A stretch of 64,000 nucleotides of DNA, taken from positions 6,262,001 to 6,326,000 of the forward strand of contig JAGIQG010000030.1 in NCBI GenBank assembly GCA_024679065.1. Reading direction: 5' to 3'. Of this stretch, positions 1-11,675 are shown one piece after another. Made by a program: the position numbers and the translations under genes. The DNA is from Sphyrna mokarran (taxonomy: Eukaryota). Positions within the stretch are counted from its first letter, which is position 1, and each line of letters opens with the position of its first letter. The notes beneath the pieces are model-generated. The model was not told where the DNA came from and did not search any database. It saw only the letters and a program-made list of their open reading frames with translations.

Positions 1-159
1 TTTTAATGAAGAACAGACACAATAGAGTTATCTGTCACTTTTAGGCTAGAGCTCACACTATATAACAGTGGAATACCACAACCCAACGACATCATTTGAG
101 CTATAATGTCATTTTACTATCTTTATTCGGGAGATTCACGTGAGACCAAATCGTTTGAA

Positions 160-495
160 GATGGCATGGTGGCACTGTGGTTATCACTGCTGCCTCACAG
201 CACCAGGGACCCAGATTCAATTCCAGCCTCAGAGTTTGCACATTCTCCCCGTGTCTGCGTGGGTTTCCTCTAGGTGCTCCGGTTCCTCCCACTCTCCAAA
301 GATGCGTGGGTTAGGTGTGTTGGCCATGCTGAATTTCCTCTTAGAGTCCCAAAAGGTGTAGGTTAGGGAAATTGACAGGGTAAGTACATGGATTGATAGG
401 GCGAGGTTCTGGCTGGGATGCTCTGTTGGAGAGTTGGTGCAGCCCATGGACCAAAAGGCCTCCCTCCGCACTGTGGGGGTTCTGTGATTCTATGA
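160..495 (+). mobile_element. HE1-like V-SINE
   Basis: tRNA-derived head (tggcactgtggttatcactgctgcctcacagc), V core gagtttgcacattctccccgtgtctgcgtgggtttcct, CR1-like tail ending gattctatg. Confidence 0.85.
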
Positions 496-1694
496 CAGAG
501 ATTATGGAGTCACGTGAAGAGGCCAAGGTCAATTTAGCAAGTTCTATTTTCTATGGAATCTTTGTGAATTAGAAGCAGGAGTTCTGCCCTAGAACCTTGC
601 AAAGAACCTTGAGCTCCAGACAGACCTGTCCCTCCCTCCCATCACCAGAATCAGCTGGCAAACCATCTCCCCAGTACCAGCCTTATGCCAGCTGCAGACC
701 AGCATCCTCAGATGTCTGAGCCAGTTGTTGCTGCAGCCCCTGACTCCCACCAGTTCTGGGTAAGAGATTGTCTTACCCTGGTGCTAAAATGGCCAGGACC
801 TCACGCTAAACGCCTTACAAAGGTTCTCTCCTGTCCCATGCCCCTACTGCCCCAAACTTCCCCTCAATTTAAAAGCGATATTGGCTTTGTATTGCCAGGA
901 ATGTGCAGAATAGCAGATTTTAGAATTATGGGAAAAAGCTACTCTTTTAAGAATCCTTAGGCCTGATCTCTCCATTCATTGAGTGGCTGGGTGAGTTTAA
1001 CTGTTCCTCTTCCGTGATAATCTTTTTAAGAAGAAATTGCACTTAGCTCTTGAGACTAAAGGGATGGAGGGATGTAAGGTGAAAGCGAGATCAGGAGATT
1101 GAATTTGATGATCAGCCACGAATGGCGGAGCAAGATCAAAGGGCTGAATGGCCTACTACTGCTCCTATTTTCGATGTTATAGGGACTTATCTAATTCTTT
1201 CTCTCCTTACAAATAATGATTCAGTATCTTCTTCAATGCTGCATTCAATTCCACATTGTTCCTTTCTTGTGGTAAAGCATTCCACATTCTGATAACACTT
1301 GTCATGATAAAGGTTTTTTCTTATCTCCCCTTAATGTATCCAGTGGTTATCTTGACATGAGAATCTCTTGTGCTTGATTTTCCTGGCAGTGAAATAATCT
1401 ATTTATGTGTTTGTTTTGCCAATGTCTTTCATCACTGAGCTACAATAGGTGGCTGGTTATATCTTTTATCTCACTGTGTGTACCTATGTCTGCACAATGG
1501 GTCACTACTTCTGGGAGAACGTTAATGAACAAAACCCAGCCTGACAGACAGGGCATTTACCTAACTCAGCAGCCTTGACTATACCTCAAGGTTCATCACA
1601 GAATGTCTACAGTGCAGAAGGAGGCTGTTTGGCCTTTCGAGTCTGCACTGACAATGATCCCACCCAGGCTCTATCCCTGTCACTCCATATATTT

Positions 1695-2481
1695 GATGTA
1701 AAGATGCCGGCATTGGATTGGAGTGGTAAGAACTCAGTAAGAATTTAGCAACACCAATTATTAATCCAACCGATTTATTTGACAGTAAAAAAGCGAGCTT
1801 TCAACACTCCCGTGTCTTCATCAGGCAAGTGCAGTGTTCTGGTCTGCAATAGCACACATCAGCACAGACAGTCAGAGATTGCTGATTAGAATGCGAATCC
1901 TTACATCTAACCTGCTATTCAAGTGTTAAAGTGGCTAACAATGTGTGTGAAGGGAATCCTGAGCATTGGTTAGAGAATTGTGTATTTTCTCCAGACAGCA
2001 CAGTAAGTGAGGTTTTTTGCTAACCCAGGCAAGTTACGGGGGTTACAGATAGTGTGTCATGAAGCCAAGATCCCTGTTAAGACCGTCCTCATGTGTGCGG
2101 AGCTTGGCTATCAGTCTCTGCCCAGCGACCCCGCGCCGCCGCGCACCACGAAAGCCCCCCCGAAGAACACCCACCCGCAGGTCGGAGGCCGAACGCCCAC
2201 GACCGCCGAAGTGCCCGCCCACAGGAAGGGAACCGCCCCGCCCGGCAACCGCCGAGCGACGCCCACCCACCCGCCGCCGCAGCGCCCGCATGGCCCCCCC
2301 AAACACACCACGCCTCGGGACATCCCCTCCCGCAATGCACCAGGCAGACAACGCCGGCCGAGCCGCAAGAGCATGCACCGTGCACCCGGCGAACGGCACC
2401 CCCACGCCCGACGACGCCGTCCACGTCCACGATCCGGCACGTCCCGCAATTGGTGTTGCTAAATTCTTACTGAGTTCTTAC
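1695..2481 (-). mobile_element. 5'-truncated Penelope-like element (GIY-YIG endonuclease C-terminus plus 3' pLTR), A-to-G hypermutated in part, with inverted terminal segment
   Basis: Minus-strand peptides ...SAGVVCLVHCGRGCPEAWCV... and ...QRLIAKLRTHEDGLNRDLGFMTHYL* resemble a PLE GIY-YIG domain; direct repeats cactccatatattt at 1681-1694 and 2482-2495; 41-bp inverted repeat 1719-1759 / 2448-2488. Confidence 0.85.
1795..1831 (-). ncRNA. Minimal hammerhead ribozyme-like motif of a Penelope pLTR
   Basis: Minus strand reads CUGAUGA-A-GACAC-GGGA-GUGUU-GAAA-GCUC: both conserved core boxes flank a hairpin. Stem I pairing is weak. Confidence 0.65.
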
Positions 2482-3434
2482 CACTCCATATATTTACCCT
2501 CTTAATCCCTCTGACACTAAGGAACAATTTAGCATGGCCAATCAACCTAACCCACACATTTTTAGAGTGTGGAAGGAAACCAGACCCACCCACGTAGACA
2601 TTGGGAAAACTCTATATAGGCAATAACCTAAATCCCTAATCCCATAACTCCATATATTTACTCTGCTAATCCCCCTGATGCTAAGGGTCAATTTAGCATG
2701 GCCAATACACCTAACCCGCACATATTTCGACTGTAGGAGGAAACTGGAACACCTGGAAGAAACCTATGCAGATATGGGGGAGAATGTGCTAACTCCACAC
2801 AGACAGTTACCCCAAACTGGGAATTGAACCTGGGTTCCTGGCGCTGTGAGGCAGCAGTGCTAACTACTGTGCCACCTGTGATGGCACCAATACATGTTTG
2901 GATCTGGCTCTGTATATCTGTAGAATCTTGCTCCCTAAGTGCTTTTCTGCAAATGCCAGTTAGCTGTTCAACTGTGAAGGTCATCACAGCAGGACATCTT
3001 CACCCCCTGTCCTTGCTTTTCATCCACAAAGATGCCCATTTTCTATTGGGAATCACTAGGATGATGTCTAATTACTGGAATCCTGGACATGTTCTTCCTT
3101 GTGAGGGGTATACAGCCCGACAGAAGGATCAGTTACAGTCTTGAGGTAATGTTGCTGAAAAGATTTAGTTTTTGCAGAATTTTAACTTTATTTTCAGTCA
3201 TAAATTTATATATTGCTTTGGTTAAATATGAATTTCACCTTCTCTGCTTCAATTTTAAGCCCCTTGAATAATCTGGAGACAGAAGGATTCAGGAATGTGC
3301 AGAGTAGCAGATTTTAGAATTGCCATTCTAAAATATATTTTAAATGACAATTCTGTTCCATCTACTCACTGTTATACAGTTCCCCAAAATCATATTGTTA
3401 GTGGAGTGTAACACTTGTAGTAAAAAGTTTCAGT

Positions 3435-3850
3435 TGCCATAGTCCAAGATGACTTTAGGTTGCTCTCCCCCCTCAAAGGGGAAGGCTGATTGGAATGCTC
3501 TGCCCGGGAAGGTGGAAGAAGGGAGATGCCTCACATCCTTTAACAAATACCCGGATGAGTACTTGGCATGCCATAACATTCAAGGCTATGGGCCAACTGG
3601 CAAGTGGGTTTAGATGGGCAGGTCATAGCATTTCATGCGTCAGTGCAGACTCAATGGGCTGAAGGGCCTCTTCTGCACTGTATTATGTTGTGATTCTGGT
3701 GGTGATTTAACCTGAGGATCACCACACCTCAGAATGTTGAAAAGGCAAGCCTTCATGAATAATGTCAGCTCGTACAAGAATTGAACCCACGCTGTTGGCA
3801 TCACTCTGCATTATGAACCAGTCATCCAGCTGACTGAGCTAACCAGCCCA
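3435..3850 (-). mobile_element. tRNA-derived SINE with a nested + strand CR1 3' tail (about 3490-3698)
   Basis: Minus-strand head ggttagctcag...gggttcaattc at 3775-3845; CR1 tail tggaatgctctgcc...gggctgaagggcct inside it. Confidence 0.6.
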
Positions 3851-4127
3851 CAAGACTTGTAGTGAGTAAACACTGTAGAGCACAGTAGAGTTCAGCTAAA
3901 CACAGAGACAAGGCTTATACTGAGTAACTCATAACGGTGTGGTAAATTAGAGAACGTTACAGTTGAAAACCTTAAAATGAAGGTCAGGTTTAGAAGCACA
4001 ACTTATAATAATTGAGAATCAGATGATCTATTGTGTCACTTTCATTCCTTGTTCTCCATTATACCTAACTGTATTCAATTCAGCATAACATCATTTTTGA
4101 TCATTAATTTGGTCATTAATCCCAATA

Positions 4128-5300
4128 AATGAGAGGTGATCTCAATGAAATATATAAAATTCTGTTAGGGGGTGGACAGGCTAGGTGTAGGAATGATGCT
4201 TCCTCTAACTGGGAAGGATGTGGAACAAAGGGTCACAGTCTCAGATTACAGGATGGGCCATTTAGAACGGAGATGCGGCAAAAATACTTCACTCAGAGGA
4301 TGGTGAACGTGGGAACCAATGACCAACGAAGAGCGTGGAGATCAAATCAGTGAATATATTTAAGAAAGAAATGGATAGATTTTTGGATGTAAAAGTGTCA
4401 AGAGGTATGGGGAGTGTGTGGGATTATGGGTGCTGGGATAAAGGATCAACCATGATCATAATAAGCAGCAGAGCAGGCTCAAAGAGCTGAATAAGACCAT
4501 AAGGTGTTGGAATAGAAGTAGGCCATTCAGCCCATCGAGCTTCCTTCGCTATTCAATGAAATCATGAATGATCTGAAATGAGAACCCTTAACTCCACTTT
4601 CCTGCCTTATCCCCATAACACGAGCTTCCTTACTGATTGAAAATCTTCTCTATCTCAGCCTTGAACATATTTAATGACCATCCTGTACAGCGTCTGTGGT
4701 TAAAAAAAATCCAAAGATTCACTAACTTCTGAGAGAAGAAATCCTCCTCATCTCCATTTAAAATCATTGACCTCTGAGATTATGCTGTCTGGTCCTAGGT
4801 TCTTTCACCTCTTGGCATTTATACTGTCAAACCCTCTGAGAAGCCTATGAGTGTGATTTACTATGCAACCTGCTGCGTATTTCATGGTGGTAGGAGGCAG
4901 CCTGTCCTGGGCCAGCAACAGGATCTTCTGGTCAACGGGGTTTAACATTGAATACGCCATTGGCGGGACTGAAAGATCCTGCTGGCATGAGCGAACGGAA
5001 AGTTCCAGCATATATATCTCGCTATGATTGCCTTTCAATCTTCTAAACTCCAATGAGTGCAGGTCCAACCTACTCATAAGAAGATCCCTCTCTACCCGTG
5101 ATCAAACTAGTGAATCTTCTCTGGACTGCTTTCGATGTCAATATATCTTTCCTTACATAAGGAGATTGAAATGCTTCACCGTATTGCAGGTGTAATCTAA
5201 CTAATGCCTTGTATAGTTTTAGCAAGACTTTCCTATTTTTATATTCCATTCTCTTTGAAATAAAGGCCCGTATTCAATTTGCCTTCTCTGTGATCAACTA
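4128..5300. mobile_element. Tail-to-tail decayed CR1 fragments (+ strand about 4128-4492; - strand about 4495-5300) with a MITE-like insert at about 4850-5010
   Basis: RGDLNEIYKIL...FTQRMVN on +; LHSLEFRRLKGN on -. Confidence 0.75.
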
Positions 5301-5447
5301 ATTCATTATCTGCCAACATACTCCTGCTCCTATTTTCTATTTTCCTATAGACTTGAGTGTTCAGCAGTGGATAAGGAGTGACAACATTGTGCTTCAGGAC
5401 TCTGCAAATTCCCAGCTATCTGAGCTATACCAAGACAGGAGATCAGC

Positions 5448-8400
5448 TTTTTTAAATTCATTTTTATGGGATGTGGGTCTCGAGGCTAAATTAGCATTTA
5501 TTTCCTATTGTTAATTGTTCCCAAGAAGGTGGTGGTGAGCTGCCTTCTTGAACCATTGTGATTCCTGTGGTGTAGGTCCACCCACTGTGCCATTAGGGAG
5601 GGAGTTCCAGGATTGTAACCCAGTGACAGTGAAGGAATGGCAATATATTTTCAATTCAGGATGATGAGTGACTTGGAAAGGAATCTCCAGGTAGTGGTTT
5701 TCACAGGTATCTGATCCTCTTGCCCTTCTACTTGGTGGTAGTCACGGGTTTGGAAAGTGCTGCCTAAGGAATTTTGATGAGTTCTTGCAGCGTATCTTGT
5801 ACTTAGTACATACAGCTGCCACTGTTCATTAGTGGTGGAGGGATTGAATGTGGAAGGGGTAGCAATCAAACAGATTGCTTTGTCCTGGATGGTGTCAAAC
5901 TTCTTCAGCTGAAGAGTATTTCACTATACATCTGACTTGTGCCTAGAAGATGGTAAACAAGCTTCAGGGAGTCAGGAGATGAGTTACTTGCTGCAGGGTT
6001 CCTAGCCTTTGACCTGTTCCGGTAACCACAGTACTTATATGGCTAGTCCAATTGAGTTTCTGGTCAATAACACCCAGGATATTGATAATGGGAGATTCAG
6101 CACTGGAAATGCCACAAATGTCAAGGGGAAACAGTTAGATCCTCTGTTGTGGGAGATGGTCATTACCTGGCACTTGTAAGGCATGAGTGTTACTTGCCGT
6201 TTATCAGCCCAAGCCTGGATATTGTCCAGATCTTGCTGTATTTGGACATGAACTGAATCAGTGTCTGTGGAATTCCAAATGACGCTGAACATTATGCAGT
6301 CATCAGCAAACAATCCCACTTCTGTTCTTATGATGTAAGGAAGGTCAGTGAAGTAGTTGCTGAAGATGGTTGCGCCTCAGGCACCACCCTGAGGAACTCC
6401 TGCAGTGGTGTCCTGGAACTGAGATGATTGACCTCTAATCACCACAACAACATTGCTTTTTGTCAGGTATGACTCCAAGCAGCGGAGGGTTTCCCCCTAA
6501 TTCTCATTGATTCCAGTTTTGCCAGGGCTCCTTCATGCCATACTTGGCCAAATGCTGCCTTGACATCAAGGACAGTCACTCTCACCGAACCTGTGGCATT
6601 CAGCTTTTTTATTCATGTTTGAACCAAGGTTGGAATGAGGTCAGGAGTGAGTGACATTGGCGGAACCCAAACTGAACACTGTGAGCAGGTTATTGCTGTG
6701 TAAGTGCTGCTTGAAAGTGCTGTTGATGACCCTACTTCATTCTACTGATGATTGAGAGTAGACTGATGGGGTGATAATTGGCCAGGTTGGGATTTGTTCT
6801 GTTTCTTGTGTACACGACATATCTGAACAATTTTCCATATAGCTAAATTTCAGAGTTGTAGCTGTATTGGAAGTGCTTGGCTTAGGATGCAGCAAGTACA
6901 GGAGCACAAGTCTTCAGTATTATTCCTGGAATAGTGTCAGTGCCCATAGCTTTTGCAGTATCCAGTGTCTTTAGCTATTACTTAATATGATGAATTGAAT
7001 TGGCTAAAGACTGACATCTGTGATGCTGGGGATCTCCAGAAAGGCCAAGATGGAAAATCCAATCAGCATTTCTATTTGAAGATTGTTACAAGTACCTTAA
7101 TTTTTGTACAGATGTGCCGGGCTCCCCTATTACAAAAATGGGCATACTTGTGGAACCTCCTCCTCCAGTGAGTTGTTAGTTGTCCACCACATTCACAGGT
7201 GGATGTGGCAAGACTGCAGAGCTTAGATCTGATCTGATGGTTGTGGGATCATTTAGCTCTGTCTGTCATTTGCTGCATATGCTGTTTGGCTAGCTTCATC
7301 AAGTTGACATCTCATTCTTTGGTATGTATGATGCTCCTGGCATACCCTCTTGCACTCTTCATTAAATTAGGGTTGATGGTAATGGAAGAATGGGGGATAT
7401 GCCTGGTCATGAGATTACCGATTGTGGTTGAGTACAATTCTGCTGCTTCTAACGGCCAGTAGCAGTTCATTGGTGCCCAGTTTTGAGTTGCTAGATCAAT
7501 TAAAAGTCTATCCCATTTAGCACAATGGAGGATACCCTCAATATGAAGATGGAACATTGTCTCCATAAGGACTGTACGGTGGCCATTCCTACTGATACCA
7601 CCATAGGCAGATGCAACTGCAACTGGTGTGTATGAAGTCAAGTATGTTTTCCCTCTTGTTGATTCCCTCACCACCTGCTACGGTCCCAGAGGGAAGCGAT
7701 GTCCTTTAAGACCTGGCCAGCTCAGTCTATGATGGTATAATGAGATATTACTATTGAGACACTCTTGGTGATGGACATTGAGGTCCCCGACCCAGAGTAT
7801 ATTCTGCAACCCTGCTCCAAATGATGTCCAACATGGAATAGTATTGATTCATCAGCTGCGGTTGGACAGTATTGGGTAATCAGCAGGAAGTTTCTTTGTC
7901 CATGTTTGATCTGGTGCCAATTTTTCCTAATTGGTCAGCGCAACATCGAAGGCCGAAGGGCCTGTTCTGCCCTGTAATGTTCTATGTTCTATGTTCTATG
8001 AGACTTTATGAAGTCCAAAGTTGATGTTCAGGATTCCCAGGGCAACTTCCTCCCGACTGTATACACCTCTGTGGGTCAATCCTGTTGGTGACACAGGGCA
8101 CACCCAGGGATGGTGATGGTTGTGTCTGGGACATTATCTGTAAGGTATGATTCCATGTGTATGACTACATTAGGTTTGACTAGTCCGTGAGACAACTATC
8201 TTTGGCATACAACCCCCAGATGTTAGTGAGGAGGACTTTGCAGGGTTGATAGGGCTGGGTTTGCCAGTGTCATTTCCAGTGCCTAGGTAAATACTGAGCA
8301 GTCCATCAGCTTTCATTCCTTTTTGTTTCATTTGTACTGATTGAGTACACCAGCGATGGAGTTTGCACATGGGTTTTCTCCTGGTGCTCTGGTTTCCTCC

Positions 8401-9038
8401 CCCGTTCCAAAGATTGCAAGTTAGATTGATCGGCCGTGCTAAAATTGCCCCTTAGTTTCAGGGGGACTACAGGATAAATATATAGACTTACAGAGATAAG
8501 GCCTGGGTGTGATGGTTGTTGTAGGCTCAAGGGCCAAATAGCCTCCTTCTGCACTGTATAGATTCTATGATTCTATGAGTGGTTTGCTAGGCCATTTAAG
8601 AGTCAACCACGTTGCTGTGGTTCTGGAGTCACATGTAGGCCTAGACCAGGTAAGGATGTTAGGTTTCCTTCCTAAAGGGACATTAGTCCCAGAATTAGTG
8701 AACCTGTTGGGTTTTCACAGCAATTGACCATGGATTCATCGTTAGACTTGTAATTCCAGATAATTTATTGAGTTTTTAAATTGAACCATTTGCCAAGGTG
8801 GGATTTTGAATCTTTGCTTAAAGCCCAGCTCACACCCTTGCTAATAACATCTTAGCAGGGAATCCAACCGAGCCACAAATTAAGATCAAGTAGACCCGGC
8901 TGGGGCTGTGCTAGTGGTAGACCAAACCGTCGACGAGCGACGTAAAGACTCGGAAAAGGCACTCATACTCAGAGTATTACCCTGGGTCTCTGGATTACTC
9001 ATCAAGCAACAATACCATTCTGCCAATGCCTCCCCTGA
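5448..9038 (-). mobile_element. Decayed near full-length LINE (CR1/L2 group) with tRNA-like 5' head; interrupted by a CR1 tail (about 7920-7999), an HE1 SINE (about 8355-8578) and an unknown insert (about 8815-8966)
   Basis: Minus-strand GLFADDC...QQDLDNIQAWADK RT motif near 6200-6320; endonuclease-like remnants near 8080-8240; A-rich 3' end near 5450; many stops and frameshifts. Confidence 0.75.
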
Positions 9039-9324
9039 GATGTTGTATAGACTGTGGCCAAGGTATCTCAGCTCAGCAATATAACTTAAACAGAATAAGA
9101 ATGTATTCCCACTCACTGCAATGGGCATTAATGCTGCAACAATCCATGGAATTCTGTTCTCTACCTTTAGCCAAAGCAGCTTATTTTCTGAACTATCTCT
9201 ATTCAGTTATTTAATTTCAATGATAATAATGAATGATTAGACTTTGCTAAATTTTAGGGTCAAATTATTCTTGGTAACTCTGCTTCATAAGTTGCCAAAA
9301 ATCACATTGTTTTGATTGGTTATA

Positions 9325-9642
9325 TAGAATCCTTACAGTGCAGAAGGAGGTCATTCTGGCCATCAATCCTGCACCCAAGACAATTCTATCAGGCCCTATC
9401 CCCATAACCCCATGTATCCAACCGGCTAGTCCTACCTGATACTAAGAGGCAATTTAGCATGGCCAATCAACCTGACCCATGCATCTTTGGACTTGGGAGG
9501 AAACTGGAGCATCTAGAGGAAATCCACGAAGACATGGTGAGAATGTGCATACCCCACACAGATAGTGACCCAAGGCCAGAATCGAACCCGGGTCCCTGGA
9601 GCTGTGAGGCAGCAGTGCTAGCCACTGTGCCACCATGCTGCC
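9325..9642 (-). mobile_element. HE1-like V-SINE
   Basis: Full antisense head, V core and tail. Confidence 0.85.
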
Positions 9643-11074
9643 CTAAATTGTACTTCCTGTGCAAATAGGATGTTTTGTCATTGTCGTTTCTTAAGAGCTA
9701 TTTTTAGGATAGAACATTTACAGAAGTGATTAAACCTCAAAGAAGCTCGGCACTTACATTTATCCTGTTTGTCTATTCCTGGAGCTGAGTGCAGGTTTCC
9801 TGAGGAAAAGAGGGACAGAGAGATGGGATGTTCTGAGCTCAGTTGTATAATCAGCTCTGAAGTTGAAGGGCTCGTTGTTGACAGAAATAAACTATTAAAG
9901 AAAAAATGTTATTGATTTACACAAATATGGAGACCAGAGACATGTGGAATCAGATACTCAAGCCTACAATTGGACACTATTCTAATTATATTAATTACCT
10001 ATTCTCCAATAATAGCCATTGTCGACTGTGTATTGCCACTGTATTTACAATAATAACAATAATATAGTGCCTTTACAGGAACAAAATACCCCAAGGAGCC
10101 AAGGGTTATGAGGAAAGGGCAAGAAAGTGGACATTAAGAATGTGAGATCAACCATTATCCTATTGAATGAAGCAGGCTTGAGGGATTGAATGGCCTACTC
10201 CTGTTCCTATTTCTTATGGTCTTAAGTTGCTTCACAGGTGTGTTGCTGAAGAAGTCTTTTTGGGAGCTACTCTTTGAAATGTTAAGCGGAAAAAAGATGG
10301 GGTGGGATTCACTAACTGTTCGTGCCCCTCTGCTGCCAGAGAGGACAGGAGAGGCAGAGATTCAAATCTCCATTCACTGCAGTGGGATAGGAGAATTCCG
10401 CTGCCATGAATGGTTGACAAATCTCACCCTTCATCTTTGGCTATGGTGAACTTCATCATGCACTATGATGATCCAGTCTCACTTTGCTCAATCCTGACAT
10501 TGCCATGTGATGTTTGATCGCTTGTTTGGTATCCAGTTGGAAAACCAAAGTCAGCCTTTAGCCCCGTGCCAGAAAATCTGTACCACTGCCATTGGCTTCC
10601 TTCCCCTCCTTGATCACCTTTCCTACCTAAGCCAAATCGTTCACAATCTCATTGTCCAGTTTGATCTCAGCTGAGCATCTGACTTCATTGCCCCAGCTTT
10701 GAAAGACTTAATTTGTCAGGAAGAGCAATAGTGCCAAACAAAATTGTGAGGAAATATTTACCATTCCCACCCCTGTTCCTCCTGCTAACATTTTTGTTGA
10801 GGCCTCCTCATGGCAGGTTTGAACAACCATCTTTTCAGAGTGGATGTCCAATATGTGTCATGCTCACTCAGTATGGATTTATGAAGTATAAACTCAAAAT
10901 GGACATTTTAAAATAAAATGGAGTTGAGAGGTCAGGAGACCTTTTCTTTCCTTTTTTAATGTTTATAGTTCATTTATTAATGTCACAAGTAAGTTTACAT
11001 TAAAACTGCAGTGAAGTTCCTGCCAATAAACATGAAACTACAAGACCCCCTGCGCTAATTATCATGTCTGGACA

Positions 11075-11675
11075 AGAATCATAGAGTCCTACAGTGCAGA
11101 AGGAGGCCAATCAGTCCATCGAGTCTGCACTGACCACAATCCCAACCAGACCCCAACTCCATACATCCTTGACACTAAGGGACAATTTAGCCTGGCCAAT
11201 CCATCTAATGCATACATCTTTGGTCTGTGGGGAGGAAACCGGAGCACCCGGAGAAAACCCATGCAGACACGGGGAGAATGTGCAAACTCCACATAGACAA
11301 TGATCCGAGGCCGGAATCAAACCCTGGTCCCTGAAGCTGCACTAATCACTGTGCCACCATGCCACCCTGGCCTTGATAAAAAACAAAGATCAAAGAAAAT
11401 TACAGCATAGGAACATGCCCTTCAGCCCTCCGAGCCTACACTGACCGTGCTACCTGACTGAACTAAAAACCCTCTACACTTCCGGGGAACATATCCCTCT
11501 ATTCCTATCCCTTTCATATATTTGTCAAGACGCTCAATAAAAGTCACTATCGTATCTGCTTCCACAACCTCCCTCAGCAGTGAGTTCCAAGCATTCACCA
11601 CCTCTGTGTAAAAAACCTGCCTTGTACATCTCCTCTAAACCTTGCCCCTCGCACCTTAAACCTGTGCCCCTTAGT
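11075..11675 (-). mobile_element. HE1-like V-SINE (11075-11368) followed by an antisense CR1 3' fragment (about 11385-11675)
   Basis: V core on the minus strand; RGTGLRCEGQGL and FLHRGG-type CR1 C-terminal remnants. Confidence 0.8.

Larger units (their letters stand above)
1596..2876 (-). mobile_element. Two antisense HE1-like SINEs (1596-1694 plus 2482-2600, split by the Penelope insertion; and about 2640-2876)
   Basis: Reverse-complement V core and tail; the first copy continues seamlessly across the TSD. Confidence 0.8.

Noticed and set aside
160-235. tRNA-like A and B boxes at many SINE heads
   Set aside because: They continue into V-SINE cores and lack a full cloverleaf, so they are not tRNA genes.
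2007-2505. Six overlapping Pro/Arg/Gly-rich ORFs and an apparent CpG-island promoter
   Set aside because: Loss of T on + (A on -) removes stop codons on both strands. The GC richness is explained by hypermutation of a Penelope ORF, not by a host gene or promoter.
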